The notes under the pieces: model-generated
What the model was told of the DNA's origin: nothing
The model's input: only the letters and a program-made list of their open reading frames with translations
The model's database searches: none
In this document: piece after piece, positions 28,404 through 39,201 of the stretch
Numbering within the stretch: position 1 is the first letter of the stretch
How the letters are laid out: the number at the start of each line of letters is the position of its first letter
Source of the DNA: Candidatus Acidiferrales bacterium
GTDB taxonomy: Bacteria > Chloroflexota > Dormibacteria > Aeolococcales > Bog-877
Length of the DNA stretch: 64,000 bases
Reading direction: 5' to 3'
NCBI GenBank assembly: GCA_035533655.1
Contig: DATLTJ010000053.1
Coordinates: forward strand, 6,668 to 70,667
Program-made: the position numbers and the translations under genes

Positions 28404-28941
28404 TCATCCGACGACGCGTAGCCAGAGATTCGTCGCGAGCGGCGCGTTAGTCAGGCTCAGGCGCTCGAACTTGACATGGGTCCCGCCCGGGCGATCGAAT
28501 AGCCGGACGCCGTCGCCGACCAGGACGGGCGCGATGCACACGGGGATCTCGTCGAGACCAGCCGCGTCGAGGCACTGCCGGCTAGCGTTGGCGCCGAGGA
28601 CGCTGACGTACTTGTCCACCCGCGGCGGCCTTGGCCGCGGCGGCGCCGCTGCTGAGATCACTGACGAATGGGACACCCGGCACCTCGGTGTCAGGAGCGT
28701 GGTGGGTAAGCACGAACTCCAGTCCGCTCCACCCGCCGCCGAACGGCCTGCCCTCCTTGGCCGCGACGCCCGCGTACGGATCGTCGCCGCGGAAGGTGCG
28801 GCTGCCGACGAGAAGCGCGCCGATCTTGCCGATCAACTCGTCCACCGTCGGGTTGGGCCCGAGGTGCTCGGTCAACCAGGACATGTCGTCACCTGAGCCC
28901 GCGATCAGCCAGTCCAGCGACCTCGGGACCGAATTCGGCAC
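28404..28941 (-). pseudogene. RibD C-terminal-domain (dihydrofolate reductase-like) family protein, frameshifted
   Basis: Two overlapping ORFs (28582..28941 and 28404..28676) together give a full RibD_C-like protein (…VGSRTF…EFVLTHHAP…AAAKAAAG | DKYVSVLGANASRQCLDAGLDE…PVLVGDGVRLF). The span is 3n+1 nt long. The extra base lies near 28612-28620. Confidence 0.65.
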
Positions 28942-29175
28942 CTTTCCTAGGGTCCACCTCGGTCGAGATCAATGTAGGTTTAACCTGGGGGAGACAGCGG
29001 ATCGCGCAGCGACTCCCTGCTTCATTAGTGGCAACGCCAACGCCGGGTGAACGCCGGGAATCGGAACGGGCTGAGGAGGCGCGGCAGAAAGCCACCACTT
29101 GACCCCGGGCCGCACAGTGCCGTTTCCGACGGCCCAGGTCGTTGCTGCGACGGACCACCAGACGGCGGAGCTGAG

Positions 29176-30354
29176 TTAGGCGGGGGCCGGTTGGGGCTGC
29201 GCGGGGCCTGTCTCAGGGCCGGGCTCAGGACTGGCCTGGGTGAAACCGGTGCGGCGCAGCCACTGCTCCGGATGGCGAACCTCAGACCACCCCGGCAGAC
29301 TTTCCGGGCCGGACCAGATGCGGTCAAGGCCAGCCTGACCGGCCACCTTGCGGACCTCCCGAAGGAAGCGCTCACCCTGCTGGTACTGCTGGAGCTTGAA
29401 GGCGACTCCCGAAATCCACAGGAGGAGCCGCTCGGCCGCCTGAGGCGGATCATGGCGCCGGCGGAACGCGTCGTCCAGGGTGTCGAAGTCGGGGAAATGG
29501 CGGCGCCCAGCTTCGCGCATCACATAGTTGCCGTGGCCCTCGAGCACGGTCATGACCGCCTGCACCTTCCCGACCAGCTTCAGCTGCGGCCGGATGCTGC
29601 GCGCCGTCTGGATCAGATCCTCCAGGCCCAATCCCTTGCCACCGCCCGGGGCCCGGCTCAGTTCCCCGACCATCGATCCCAGGTACTCCCGGAGCCAGGG
29701 ATGGAGTTCGAACTGCCAGGCATGGGTCAGCTCATGGAGCATCAGCCAGCGCCGCAGCGAGTTGAGCGGTAGCTCCGAGGCCTCCGAGAAGCGGCGGACG
29801 TTGGGCTCCACGATCAGGAGCGCCGGAGCGGGCAGCGTCTCCACGGCGTGGTCGGAGCTGCCCGAGGCGGAGGGCACGGTCAGCACGGGGTCGTACTGGC
29901 CGAGCACGCGCCGCGCCATAAAGCCGAGCAGCGTCCCCACGTAGAGACTGCTGGGAACGCGCATCAGCGGACTCGGCCGCATCGATCCCCAGCCGGCCTG
30001 GCGCTCTTCGATGGGGCGTAGCATCCGCCGCATCATCGCCAGGTTCTGGTCGATGAAACCGTGCCGCCCGATCACCCGAACCCGGCCGAAGGTCGCCTCC
30101 TGGGGGCTGGTGTTGCAGGCCTCCGCCAGCATCGGCACCAGTTCGGCCACCAGCGGGTCGTAGTCCCGACCCGCGGCCTCCACGTCGGCCATGCCGTCGC
30201 CGCCGCAGCGGGCGTAGGCGGTCCGGCGCACCAGTTCCCAGTCGAGGACAGGCGCCTCCGGGTCTGCCAGAGACTTGGAGAGTCGCCGTTCCGCCGCGAT
30301 GGCCACCCCGGCCGCGACCGCCGACCAGGCCAGCACCGACTTTAGGTCGGGCAT
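29176..30354 (-). CDS. DUF2342-type zinc metalloprotease-like protein
   Basis: 393 aa from the ATG at 30354, with an HExxH in WLMLHELTHAWQF. The longer ORF (to 31239) is a shadow over the GNAT gene. Confidence 0.75.
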   Translation of the reverse strand: MPDLKSVLAWSAVAAGVAIAAERRLSKSLADPEAPVLDWELVRRTAYARCGGDGMADVEAAGRDYDPLVAELVPMLAEACNTSPQEATFGRVRVIGRHGFIDQNLAMMRRMLRPIEERQAGWGSMRPSPLMRVPSSLYVGTLLGFMARRVLGQYDPVLTVPSASGSSDHAVETLPAPALLIVEPNVRRFSEASELPLNSLRRWLMLHELTHAWQFELHPWLREYLGSMVGELSRAPGGGKGLGLEDLIQTARSIRPQLKLVGKVQAVMTVLEGHGNYVMREAGRRHFPDFDTLDDAFRRRHDPPQAAERLLLWISGVAFKLQQYQQGERFLREVRKVAGQAGLDRIWSGPESLPGWSEVRHPEQWLRRTGFTQASPEPGPETGPAQPQPAPA

Positions 30355-30380
30355 CTGGCGATGATAACGTCCGGCTCGGC

Positions 30381-31190
30381 TCAGCCCTTTCGGTAGAACA
30401 CGAGCTCCCGCCCGACGTGCTCGAATCCCAGGGGGTGGTAGAGGGCCGCCAGCGCTGGCTCGCCGTAGCGCAGGGCCACCTGGCGCCCCTCGGCGAACGC
30501 CGCCGCCGTCGCCGCCCGAGTCACCGCGGAGCCGGCCGCTCGCCGCCGGAAGTCGGGGTGGGTAGCCACGCCGCCAACCTCCACCCACCGGCCGAACGAC
30601 ATCGTCCAGCGGGCGGCCGCGACCACCTGGCCGTCCAGCTCCGCCACCCAGCAACGCTGCTCCTGAATCCTCTCCCGCCAGGCTTGCGGGCTTTCCTTCC
30701 GCATCCAGCTGACGTGCTGGTAGACCCGGTAGAGCTGCTCCGCGTCGGGCGGCCCGGCCGGCCGAGTCGGCGGGAGGGAGTCCTCCGAGGTCCGCAGCTC
30801 CGTTGCGACCGCCAGTTCGCGCCGGTACTGCGCGAACTCGTCCAGGCCGGAGTAGTCGACCGGTCCCTCCAGCACCGACAGTCGGTCGAGGCTCGCCCGA
30901 TTGGCCCGGAGCAACTCGAGGGCCGCGGGTCCCTCGTCGCCGGACGAAAGCAGCATCCCCAGCTCCCCGTTGTTGAGCAGTGCCGCCGCCCGAACCTCGG
31001 CGGCCCGGCCAGGCACCCACCAGAGCACCGCTTCGGGCGCCACCCCGGTCGCCGCCAGCCGCTGCAGGTGCTCGCCGGCGGAGAGGCCGGCCCAGCCCTG
31101 GGCGAGCAGGAACTGTCGAACCTGCTCGACGGCAGCCCGGTCCGAGGCTGGCTGGAAGGCGCTCCCCGCTGAACCGCTTTCGTCCTCCAT
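30381..31190 (-). CDS. GNAT family N-acetyltransferase
   Basis: C-terminal acetyltransferase fold (VEVGGVATHPDFRRRAAGSAV…LGFE). I prefer the ATG at 31190 so the gene does not run over the CIRCE element. Confidence 0.65.
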   Translation of the reverse strand: MEDESGSAGSAFQPASDRAAVEQVRQFLLAQGWAGLSAGEHLQRLAATGVAPEAVLWWVPGRAAEVRAAALLNNGELGMLLSSGDEGPAALELLRANRASLDRLSVLEGPVDYSGLDEFAQYRRELAVATELRTSEDSLPPTRPAGPPDAEQLYRVYQHVSWMRKESPQAWRERIQEQRCWVAELDGQVVAAARWTMSFGRWVEVGGVATHPDFRRRAAGSAVTRAATAAAFAEGRQVALRYGEPALAALYHPLGFEHVGRELVFYRKG

Positions 31191-31245
31191 CCGCCAAATG
31201 ATCGCGGAGGCTGCCCTGGGGCGTCCGGGACCCTGGCACTTGCCG

Positions 31246-31272
31246 GCGGGGGCCGCTAGCACTCGAGGTGCC
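31246..31272. promoter_or_regulatory. CIRCE element (HrcA operator)
   Basis: ctagcactc-gaggtgcct-gagtgctaa compared with the consensus TTAGCACTC-N9-GAGTGCTAA. It lies 61 nt upstream of the groEL ATG. Confidence 0.85.
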
Positions 31273-31332
31273 TGAGTGCTAACATGAACCACGCAACCTC
31301 AGCTGTCTGGATGGGGACAACAGGAGAGACGA

Positions 31333-32940
<1,608 letters not shown>

Positions 32941-32972
32941 GAATCTGACCGGCCCTAGGGCTGGAGCGCAAG

Positions 32973-33014
32973 AAGGGCGGGTTGGCCACCGGGCCACCCC
33001 GCCCTTATCTTTTT
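32973..33014 (+). terminator. intrinsic terminator after groEL
   Basis: 9-bp GC-rich stem aagggcggg / cccgccctt with a 16-nt loop, followed by atcttttt. It sits between convergent groEL and the PiT gene. Confidence 0.7.
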
Positions 33015-33017
33015 GTC

Positions 33018-34007
33018 CTAGGGACTGAGGAGGTGCGCTCCGAACCCGGCGGCCAGCAGCCAGCTGATCCCGAAACCCAGGGCCAGCCCCGAAGCGGGAC
33101 CGAATACCCAGCCCCGCAGGATCTCGAGCAGCACCTTCGTCTGGACCGTCTCCCGACCCCGGGCCAGGCCGGCGCCCGCCATCGCCCCCACTAGAGCCTG
33201 GTTGAGGGAGGTGAAGTACCCCAGCCCGACCGCGACCAGCACCACGGCCGCCTGGACCAGTTGGGCGGCTGCGGCCATCGCCTGGTCGACCCGGACGATG
33301 TCGAAAGCCACTCGCCCCAGCAAGGGCTTGCCCCAGATCAGCACCCCAGCGGCCAGCCCCAGCCCTCCGAACACCCCGGCCGGGGTGGCCGCCAGTACCC
33401 GGGCACCCACCAGAGCCCCAGTCGCGTTGGCGACGTCGTTGGCCCCCATCGCGAAGGAGGCGGCCAGGCCGATCAGGATCAGCGCCGAACCGCCGATGCG
33501 CCAAAGATGCGTTGCCTGATTCGCGGAGGAATCCGACCGGAGGGCCCGCAGCCAGTCCAGGAGCCGGGTCACCGCAAATCCCAGCCCGACCGCCACCAAA
33601 GGTGCCAGCACCCAGAGCAGCACCAGGCTACCAACGGCGGACCAATGCACTCCTGCCTTCGAGCCCCATGCGACGCCCACCAAGGAGAAAACCAGGAGCT
33701 GGATCGTCGACGTGGGGACGCGGAACCGGTTGTAGATGGCGGTGAGACCGAAGGCCAGGGCCACCACCAGGATCTCGTCATTTACGGTGAGTCGATGCTG
33801 GACCAGACCGGTGCCCACCCGGGCCTCTACCGCGTGGCTGGCCAAGGCCGCGCCCAGGAGGGCGAGTGGAGCCATCAGCAGCAGGGCTCGCCGGGAGCTC
33901 ACCAGTCCCAGTGCATAGGGCATGCCCATGCAGGCGCCGGTGTAGTGGGCACCGATGCTGGCCGCGAACCCCAGCGCCAGGGCGGCCAGGATCAGATCGG
34001 CGTCCAT
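33018..34007 (-). CDS. inorganic phosphate transporter, PiT (PHO4) family
   Basis: About 330-aa polytopic protein. It has GAHYTGACMG near the N-terminus and GANDVANATG in the second half, the two PiT signature repeats. ATG at 34007. Confidence 0.8.
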   Translation of the reverse strand: MDADLILAALALGFAASIGAHYTGACMGMPYALGLVSSRRALLLMAPLALLGAALASHAVEARVGTGLVQHRLTVNDEILVVALAFGLTAIYNRFRVPTSTIQLLVFSLVGVAWGSKAGVHWSAVGSLVLLWVLAPLVAVGLGFAVTRLLDWLRALRSDSSANQATHLWRIGGSALILIGLAASFAMGANDVANATGALVGARVLAATPAGVFGGLGLAAGVLIWGKPLLGRVAFDIVRVDQAMAAAAQLVQAAVVLVAVGLGYFTSLNQALVGAMAGAGLARGRETVQTKVLLEILRGWVFGPASGLALGFGISWLLAAGFGAHLLSP

Positions 34008-34017
34008 CGCGGTGAAT

Positions 34018-34335
34018 CTAACCCACCGGGAGTGCCCAACCCGGCGAGGCCCAGACCGGCTCCAGATCAGCGTCCCTAGCAGCGTTCTGGGCGAGGTCAG
34101 GGTTGACGGCAATCGCTCGGACCACTTCCTCGAGAGCGTCATCGCAGCGCCCGGTTCGCGCCTTCGCGCAGGCGAGGGCGTAGCGGGCCATGCCCAGCGC
34201 GGGACCGGGCAACGCCAACGCCTCGGCCAACGCCACGCCGGCCGCGTGCAGGCGAATGGTGTGTTCCCCCTGCCTCCGGCTGAGCCAGTGCTCGCCTAGG
34301 TGGCCACTAGGGTGCCAGAAGCCCCGTACCACCAC
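34018..34335 (-). CDS. hypothetical ORF (TPR-like C-terminus); possibly the 3' part of a frameshifted gene
   Basis: High third-position GC. It ends 10 nt before the PiT start. The 5' end overlaps ORF 34307..34537, which reads like the N-terminal half of a DinB-like helical protein. Confidence 0.35.
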   Translation of the reverse strand: MVVRGFWHPSGHLGEHWLSRRQGEHTIRLHAAGVALAEALALPGPALGMARYALACAKARTGRCDDALEEVVRAIAVNPDLAQNAARDADLEPVWASPGWALPVG

Positions 34336-34537
34336 CTGCAGTCAGGGTGGGCGACCGCGCCAGCCAGGGGTTTCTGTCCGGATCGGTGAGATCCGCCTCG
34401 GGAAGCTGCCCCAGGAGGCCCACCAGTTCGGTCGTGGTTCGGCAGCTCTCGGCGAGCACCTGCGCGGCACTCTGCTCCGCGAACCGTTGGTAGACCTGGG
34501 CGGACGTGTGATCAATCTCGGATAATGGGGGCGGCAT
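34307..34537 (-). CDS. hypothetical ORF; possibly the 5' part of the same frameshifted gene
   Basis: 76 aa (…LVGLLGQLPEADLTDPDRNPWLA…). No family is assigned with confidence. Confidence 0.3.
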   Translation of the reverse strand: MPPPLSEIDHTSAQVYQRFAEQSAAQVLAESCRTTTELVGLLGQLPEADLTDPDRNPWLARSPTLTAGGGTGLLAP

Positions 34538-34651
34538 ATCGTGATCGGCGGGCGGCCCTGAGCCGGATGACCTGCTGGGCCTTGAACTCGGTGTTATGGG
34601 CTACCTGGGCCGAGACCGACTAGGCCTCAGAGCTGCCCCGGAGCTCCGGAC

Positions 34652-35312
34652 CTAGATCAAACTGGCCCAGCAGCGCCCCTTCCTCGGCACCGGCCACCAG
34701 CCGCACCATCGCCGTGATCGACTCTCTCCAGCCGGACTCGCTCCTGACTCGCCTCCCGCGGTCGAATTGCCCGCGAAGGATTCTCCCGCCGCGGGCTCGG
34801 GTGATTTGGGCTCCAGCGGACGCCAAGCCCGGAACTGAACTGAACCGGGGGCGGCGGTGATCTCCTCCGGCTTCAGACCAGCCAGGCACAGCCGATGCTC
34901 TAGTCCCTGGGTAGCGACCGGAGTGCAGACTTCGCCGAAACGGATCAATCGGAAGCGCCAGCTGCCGCTGCTGTCGCGGGCCACGAACAGCTCGCAGGTC
35001 TGGAGCACCAGCTCCACCTCGGCGAAGAGCCGGTCCTGAGCCGCCGGGGAGCGCAGGCGGTGCAGCATGGTGAAGCCCACCAGGGAGGAGAACGTGCGGT
35101 CTGCAGAGGGCACCGGGGTGGCGTCGCCGTGCACCAGATTCAGGGAGGGCCCGAATTCGCGGTGGAGATGATCGCCCAGATCGGGATCGCTATCGAGGGC
35201 GCCCAACCCCCGGGGCTCGCTCGAGCAAACCTCGGGTGCTGGCGCCGTACCCCGGTCCCAACTCCGGGACCCGAGGGCCCAGGTGGGTACCCTTCAGGAC
35301 CCCGGAGAGCAT
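34652..35312 (-). pseudogene. class I SAM-dependent methyltransferase interrupted by a +1 frameshift
   Basis: My translation from the ATG at 35312 gives MLSGVLKGTHLGPRVPELGPGYGASTRGLLERAPGV, a motif I-like sequence. It then continues only in another frame as ALDSDPDLGDHLHREF…LVHGDATPVPSADRTFSSLVGFTMLH. The span is 3n+1 nt. The switch falls at a run of five C (35207-35211). Confidence 0.5.
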
Positions 35313-35417
35313 CCTGCCGGCGACCAACTAAGCCCATTCCGGGGAGCGACAGAGCCGCTGGTGGTACCGATTCACAACCTTCCTCTCATCTCGCCTTGTA
35401 ACTGGACTGACCTTTTC

Positions 35418-35430
35418 GTGTAGCATACAC
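35418..35430. promoter_or_regulatory. small palindrome gtgta-gca-tacac in the AT-rich divergent spacer
   Basis: Read directly, 11 nt upstream of the TetR ATG at 35441. It is short and could occur by chance. Confidence 0.3.
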
Positions 35431-35440
35431 ATTACCTAAA

Positions 35441-36121
35441 ATGGGTCGCTTCGTTTCGGCGGGCTATCATGGGCCGATGCCACGCTCAGCCGGCGCGAGG
35501 ACTGAAGAGGAGCCGGATCGAAGCCAACCGAACCTAGTCCGTGACCCGCGCCTGCTGCGGGCCGCGGTAGCGGTGCTAGCCAAGACGGGCTGGGACGGGC
35601 TGACCATGGAGGCGGTCGCGGAAGAGGCAGGGCTCTCGCGAGTCACCACCTGGCGTCTTGGAGCGACCCGGGAGGGCCTGATCGGATCACTTCTGCTTAA
35701 TCTGGAGGAGGACTACCGCCGGGCCATGTGGCCGGCGCTCACTGCCGCCGGCACCGCCCGAGACCGGCTGGCGGCCGCCCTGCTGGCCCTCTTCGAAGTG
35801 GCCGAGGCCTACCTGCCCTTGCTGATGGCCGCTGATCAGGTCTTTCACCGGGCCAGCGTCGGAGGGCTCAACTTCAATGAGCCGTTCTCACGAATCTTTC
35901 GCGACGGGCTAGACGACGGCAGCCTAGCCCCCCCGGGAGGCGACCCCGACCAGGCCGCCGACCTCCTCTTCAACACCGCCTGCTGGCCGTACGTGCACCT
36001 CCGCGGCCGGCACCACTGGGACCGGGATAAGCTCCGTACCCAGCTGAGTGCGGTGGTCCTGCCTAAATTGGTGGACCCCGAATTAACCAGCAGCAGACCA
36101 GTTCGGGCTCGGCCCGCCTAA
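35441..36121 (+). CDS. TetR/AcrR family transcriptional regulator
   Basis: HTH segment GWDGLTMEAVAEEAGLSRVTTWRL. The start could be 35441 or 35476. Confidence 0.75.
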   Translation: MGRFVSAGYHGPMPRSAGARTEEEPDRSQPNLVRDPRLLRAAVAVLAKTGWDGLTMEAVAEEAGLSRVTTWRLGATREGLIGSLLLNLEEDYRRAMWPALTAAGTARDRLAAALLALFEVAEAYLPLLMAADQVFHRASVGGLNFNEPFSRIFRDGLDDGSLAPPGGDPDQAADLLFNTACWPYVHLRGRHHWDRDKLRTQLSAVVLPKLVDPELTSSRPVRARPA

Positions 36122-36178
36122 ACTCCCTTTCCCGGCAGCTCCGGATCGCGGCTGTCGGACCCGTGGAGGAACCTGAGG

Positions 36179-36685
36179 GTGTCGTCGAGGCGTCCTGATC
36201 CTGAAGCAGAAGCTCTGGCCGAGCGCTGGGTCGGCCTCTATGGGGACCTCGCGTTGCGAACCGCCTACCTTTTCCTCCGTGACCGCGGCCTGGCCGAGGA
36301 CTGCGTGCAAGACGCGTTCGTGAGCGCCTGGCGGGCCCGCTCCAGCCTCCGCGACCCGGGGGCCGAGCGCGCCTGGTTGATGACGATTGTGGCGAACACC
36401 GCCCGCTCCCACCTGCGACGGCGGATTCCGATCCCCACCGACACCATCCCAGCCGACCCCACCGCCCACGACCCCTTCTCCGAATTGGCCCTGTCAGCGG
36501 ACCTGAGGCAGGCCCTGGACCAGCTTCCTGCCGATCAGCGGGACGTGATCGTGATGCGGGTCTACCTTGATCTGTCGGTGGAGGAGACCGCCCGCGCCCT
36601 GAAGGTGGCCGAGGGTACCGTCAAGTCCCGCCTTAGCCGCGCCTTGGAGGCACTGCGCCTGATATGGATCCCGACGACCGACTGA
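36179..36685 (+). CDS. ECF-type RNA polymerase sigma-70 family factor
   Basis: Region 2 (DCVQDAFVSAWRA…AWLMTIVANTA) and region 4 (LPADQRDVIVMRVYLDLSVEETARALKVAEGTVKSRLSRA). The GTG start is preceded by GGAGGAA. Confidence 0.85.
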   Translation: MSSRRPDPEAEALAERWVGLYGDLALRTAYLFLRDRGLAEDCVQDAFVSAWRARSSLRDPGAERAWLMTIVANTARSHLRRRIPIPTDTIPADPTAHDPFSELALSADLRQALDQLPADQRDVIVMRVYLDLSVEETARALKVAEGTVKSRLSRALEALRLIWIPTTD

Positions 36686-37368
36686 CCGAGGAGCTCGGTG
36701 AGGAGCTGCGCCGCTCGATGGCGGAGATGCGGCTTCACCCCGAATTCCGCGAGGATCTGAAGGGACGGCTGCTGGCCGCTCCCGAGATCCGGTGGCGCCG
36801 CTGGCTTAGTTCCTGGCCGGCGGTGGCCCGCCACCGGGGCGCTTTGGCGACAGTCGTGGTGGCGGCGATCGCGGCCGCCGTGGTGATCCCCTTGGCAACC
36901 TCCCCGCACAGCCAACTGTCCACCGGTCGCTCATACCTGGTCATTGTTCCGCCTGCGGTGAGCGGCGGCCACGCGGCCGACGCCGCTCCCGCGATCTGCC
37001 CCAGCGGCAATGTCCAACTGTCCGTCTCGCCGGCTCAGGCGGCCCTGGCTCCCGGCCAACGGGCTACTTTCGTGGTATCGGAGACCGGGTCATCCTGCCC
37101 CCTGACGGCCACGGTGAGGGGACCGTCCGCCGCAGGCCTCTCCATCATGGCAATCCCTCAGCGCTCGCCCGAGCCGCTGGGGCCAGCCAATGCCATGTAC
37201 CAGCTGCTCTGGACCGGCCGGACCACCACTTCGGGATCTGGGAGCGGCACTGCCAGCGGGGCCGGTGCGAAGGGGGCGGCGGAGCTTTCTCCGGGAACCT
37301 ATACGGTGACCCTGAGCGTGCCATCGTCACGTGCCCGGGCTTCCATCTCGATCACTATCAGCAGCTGA
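36664..37368 (+). CDS. putative anti-sigma factor / membrane-anchored protein
   Basis: It overlaps the sigma gene end and has one TM segment (ALATVVVAAIAAAVVIPL) with an extracytoplasmic Ser/Gly-rich domain. The call rests on context only. Confidence 0.5.
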   Translation: MDPDDRLTEELGEELRRSMAEMRLHPEFREDLKGRLLAAPEIRWRRWLSSWPAVARHRGALATVVVAAIAAAVVIPLATSPHSQLSTGRSYLVIVPPAVSGGHAADAAPAICPSGNVQLSVSPAQAALAPGQRATFVVSETGSSCPLTATVRGPSAAGLSIMAIPQRSPEPLGPANAMYQLLWTGRTTTSGSGSGTASGAGAKGAAELSPGTYTVTLSVPSSRARASISITISS

Positions 37369-37477
37369 TCTGCCGCTCCCGGTGGAGCGGTCGCGGGGCG
37401 CTCTCACCCACGGCATGGCGAGAGGCAAAGCGTGCAGCTGGTCCAGCCTCGGCCATGGGTGACAATGGCCTCGAACC

Positions 37478-38314
37478 ATGGCCGCGATCCTCACTTTGCT
37501 TACCGACTTTGGCACGGCGGACGGGTACGCCGGGGCACTCAAGGGTGCGATCGCGCGAGTGGACCCCCGATTGCGGGTGGTGACCATCACCCACGGGGTC
37601 CCACCCCATGACATCGGCGCCGGAGCGTACTGGTTGGGTGCCTCGGCACCCGCCTTTCCGCAGGGCACGGTCCACTGCGTGGTGGTCGATCCCGGGGTGG
37701 GCACCGACCGTCCGTTGGTTGCCGCCCGGGTCGATCACCAGCTGGTGGTGGCCCCCGACAACGGACTGCTGCATTTCCTGTGGAGCCGGGGGCTGGACCG
37801 GATGGCGGTCCGGGTCGATACCAGCGGCCTGGATCGCCGGCGGATCAGCTCTACCTTCCACGGCCGCGACGTGATCGGACCACTGGCGGCGCGACTCGCC
37901 GCGGGCACCGCTCGCTTTGAGGATCTGGGCCCGAAGATCCCCAGTCCCCAGCTGGTGAGCGAGTTCCTGCCCCACGGCGACAGCGCCGGCACCACCGCCC
38001 GAGTCCTGGTCGTAGACCGCTTCGGCGACGTCATCCTCACCGTGTCCCGGACCCCCTGGTACTCGCCGCTGCCGGCCAGCGTGTCCCTCAGCAATGGCCG
38101 GGTGATCTCCGCCTGGGTGCGCAGCTATGGGGAGATCGAAGGCGACTTTGCGATGCTTTGGAACAGCGCCGACCATCTCGAGATAGCCGGCAAGGGAATG
38201 AGTGCGGCGGCGCTGTTGAACCTGAAACCCGGTGATCGGGTGAGGGTCGCCTGGGCAGCCGCCACCGAGTCCGCGCCGGAGGTCAAGGCCGGCAGGCGGT
38301 CCTTCGCGCCTTGA
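37478..38314 (+). CDS. SAM hydrolase / SAM hydroxide adenosyltransferase family protein (DUF62)
   Basis: N-terminus LLTDFGTADGYAGALKGAI and VVDPGVGT are the family hallmarks. Confidence 0.8.
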   Translation: MAAILTLLTDFGTADGYAGALKGAIARVDPRLRVVTITHGVPPHDIGAGAYWLGASAPAFPQGTVHCVVVDPGVGTDRPLVAARVDHQLVVAPDNGLLHFLWSRGLDRMAVRVDTSGLDRRRISSTFHGRDVIGPLAARLAAGTARFEDLGPKIPSPQLVSEFLPHGDSAGTTARVLVVDRFGDVILTVSRTPWYSPLPASVSLSNGRVISAWVRSYGEIEGDFAMLWNSADHLEIAGKGMSAAALLNLKPGDRVRVAWAAATESAPEVKAGRRSFAP

Positions 38315-39054
38315 CCGGCGCCCCAACCGCCTCCGCGGACCAGGCCCGGGCCCTGGACGCCGCCGCCGGGCGTCTCGGGGTATCCCTGGACGCGCTGATG
38401 GCAGTCGCTAGTTTTCAATGCGCTCGGTTGGCGCACGACCTTCTCGACGACCTGCCAGCCTCGGTGCCGGTCGCGGTTCTGGCGGGCCCCGGCAACAACG
38501 GCGGCGATGCGCTCGGATGTGCGCGCCACCTGGCCGCCTGGGGACAGACAGTGCGGGCGGTCACCTGGGGCGACCTAGGGGACCCGGAAGCCAGCTACTC
38601 CCGGCAGGCCCGGGCGGCGCAGGCGGCCGGAGTGGAGCTGCGTCGAGCTGACCGAGACGCTGAATCCGCCATGGATTGGGCGATTGCGCGCGCGGGGTTG
38701 GTCGTCGATGGGCTGCTGGGAACGGGTAGCTCGGGCGCGGTTCGCGGCTCGGTCGCCGACGCGGTGCGGCGCATCAACGCGTCCACCTCCGCGGTTTTGG
38801 CGCTCGATGTGCCCAGCGGTCTGGACGCGACTACGGGTCAAACCGGTGGGGACTGCGTGCGCGCCGACGTGACGGTGATGCTGGCAATAGCGAAATCCGG
38901 CTGCTTGGCGCAGCGCGCTCCGGTCGGGCAGCTCTGGTTGGCCGACATCGGCGTCCCCGCCGAGGCCTACCGGGCGGTGGGGCTGGTACCGCCGAACTTG
39001 AGTGATGGCAGCCTGAGGCCATTCGAGCCAGCCAGCGGGCGTGACTCCTCCTAG
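38311..39054 (+). CDS. nnrE: NAD(P)H-hydrate epimerase (YjeF N-terminal domain only)
   Basis: GPGNNGGDAL, VDGLLGTG and LDVPSGLD. The start overlaps the upstream stop by 4 nt. No C-terminal dehydratase domain is present. Confidence 0.8.
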   Translation: MTGAPTASADQARALDAAAGRLGVSLDALMAVASFQCARLAHDLLDDLPASVPVAVLAGPGNNGGDALGCARHLAAWGQTVRAVTWGDLGDPEASYSRQARAAQAAGVELRRADRDAESAMDWAIARAGLVVDGLLGTGSSGAVRGSVADAVRRINASTSAVLALDVPSGLDATTGQTGGDCVRADVTVMLAIAKSGCLAQRAPVGQLWLADIGVPAEAYRAVGLVPPNLSDGSLRPFEPASGRDSS

Positions 39055-39201
39055 TGCCCACGGCGGCACTGGGAATCCAGGCCGGCGGGTCATCACCGGC
39101 GCTCTAGGCACGACCGAACCAAACTCCGGCTCAAGGTGCTTGCGCAGAGACGGTCCGCCGGTTATGCTTGCGCCAGCTCGCGTGTCAATACACGCAACGT
39201 C

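Noticed and set aside
30355-31239. N-terminal half of the 687-aa ORF 29176..31239
   Set aside because: It is Arg/Gly/Ala-rich and overlaps the GNAT gene in another frame. DUF2342 homology begins at the ATG at 30354.
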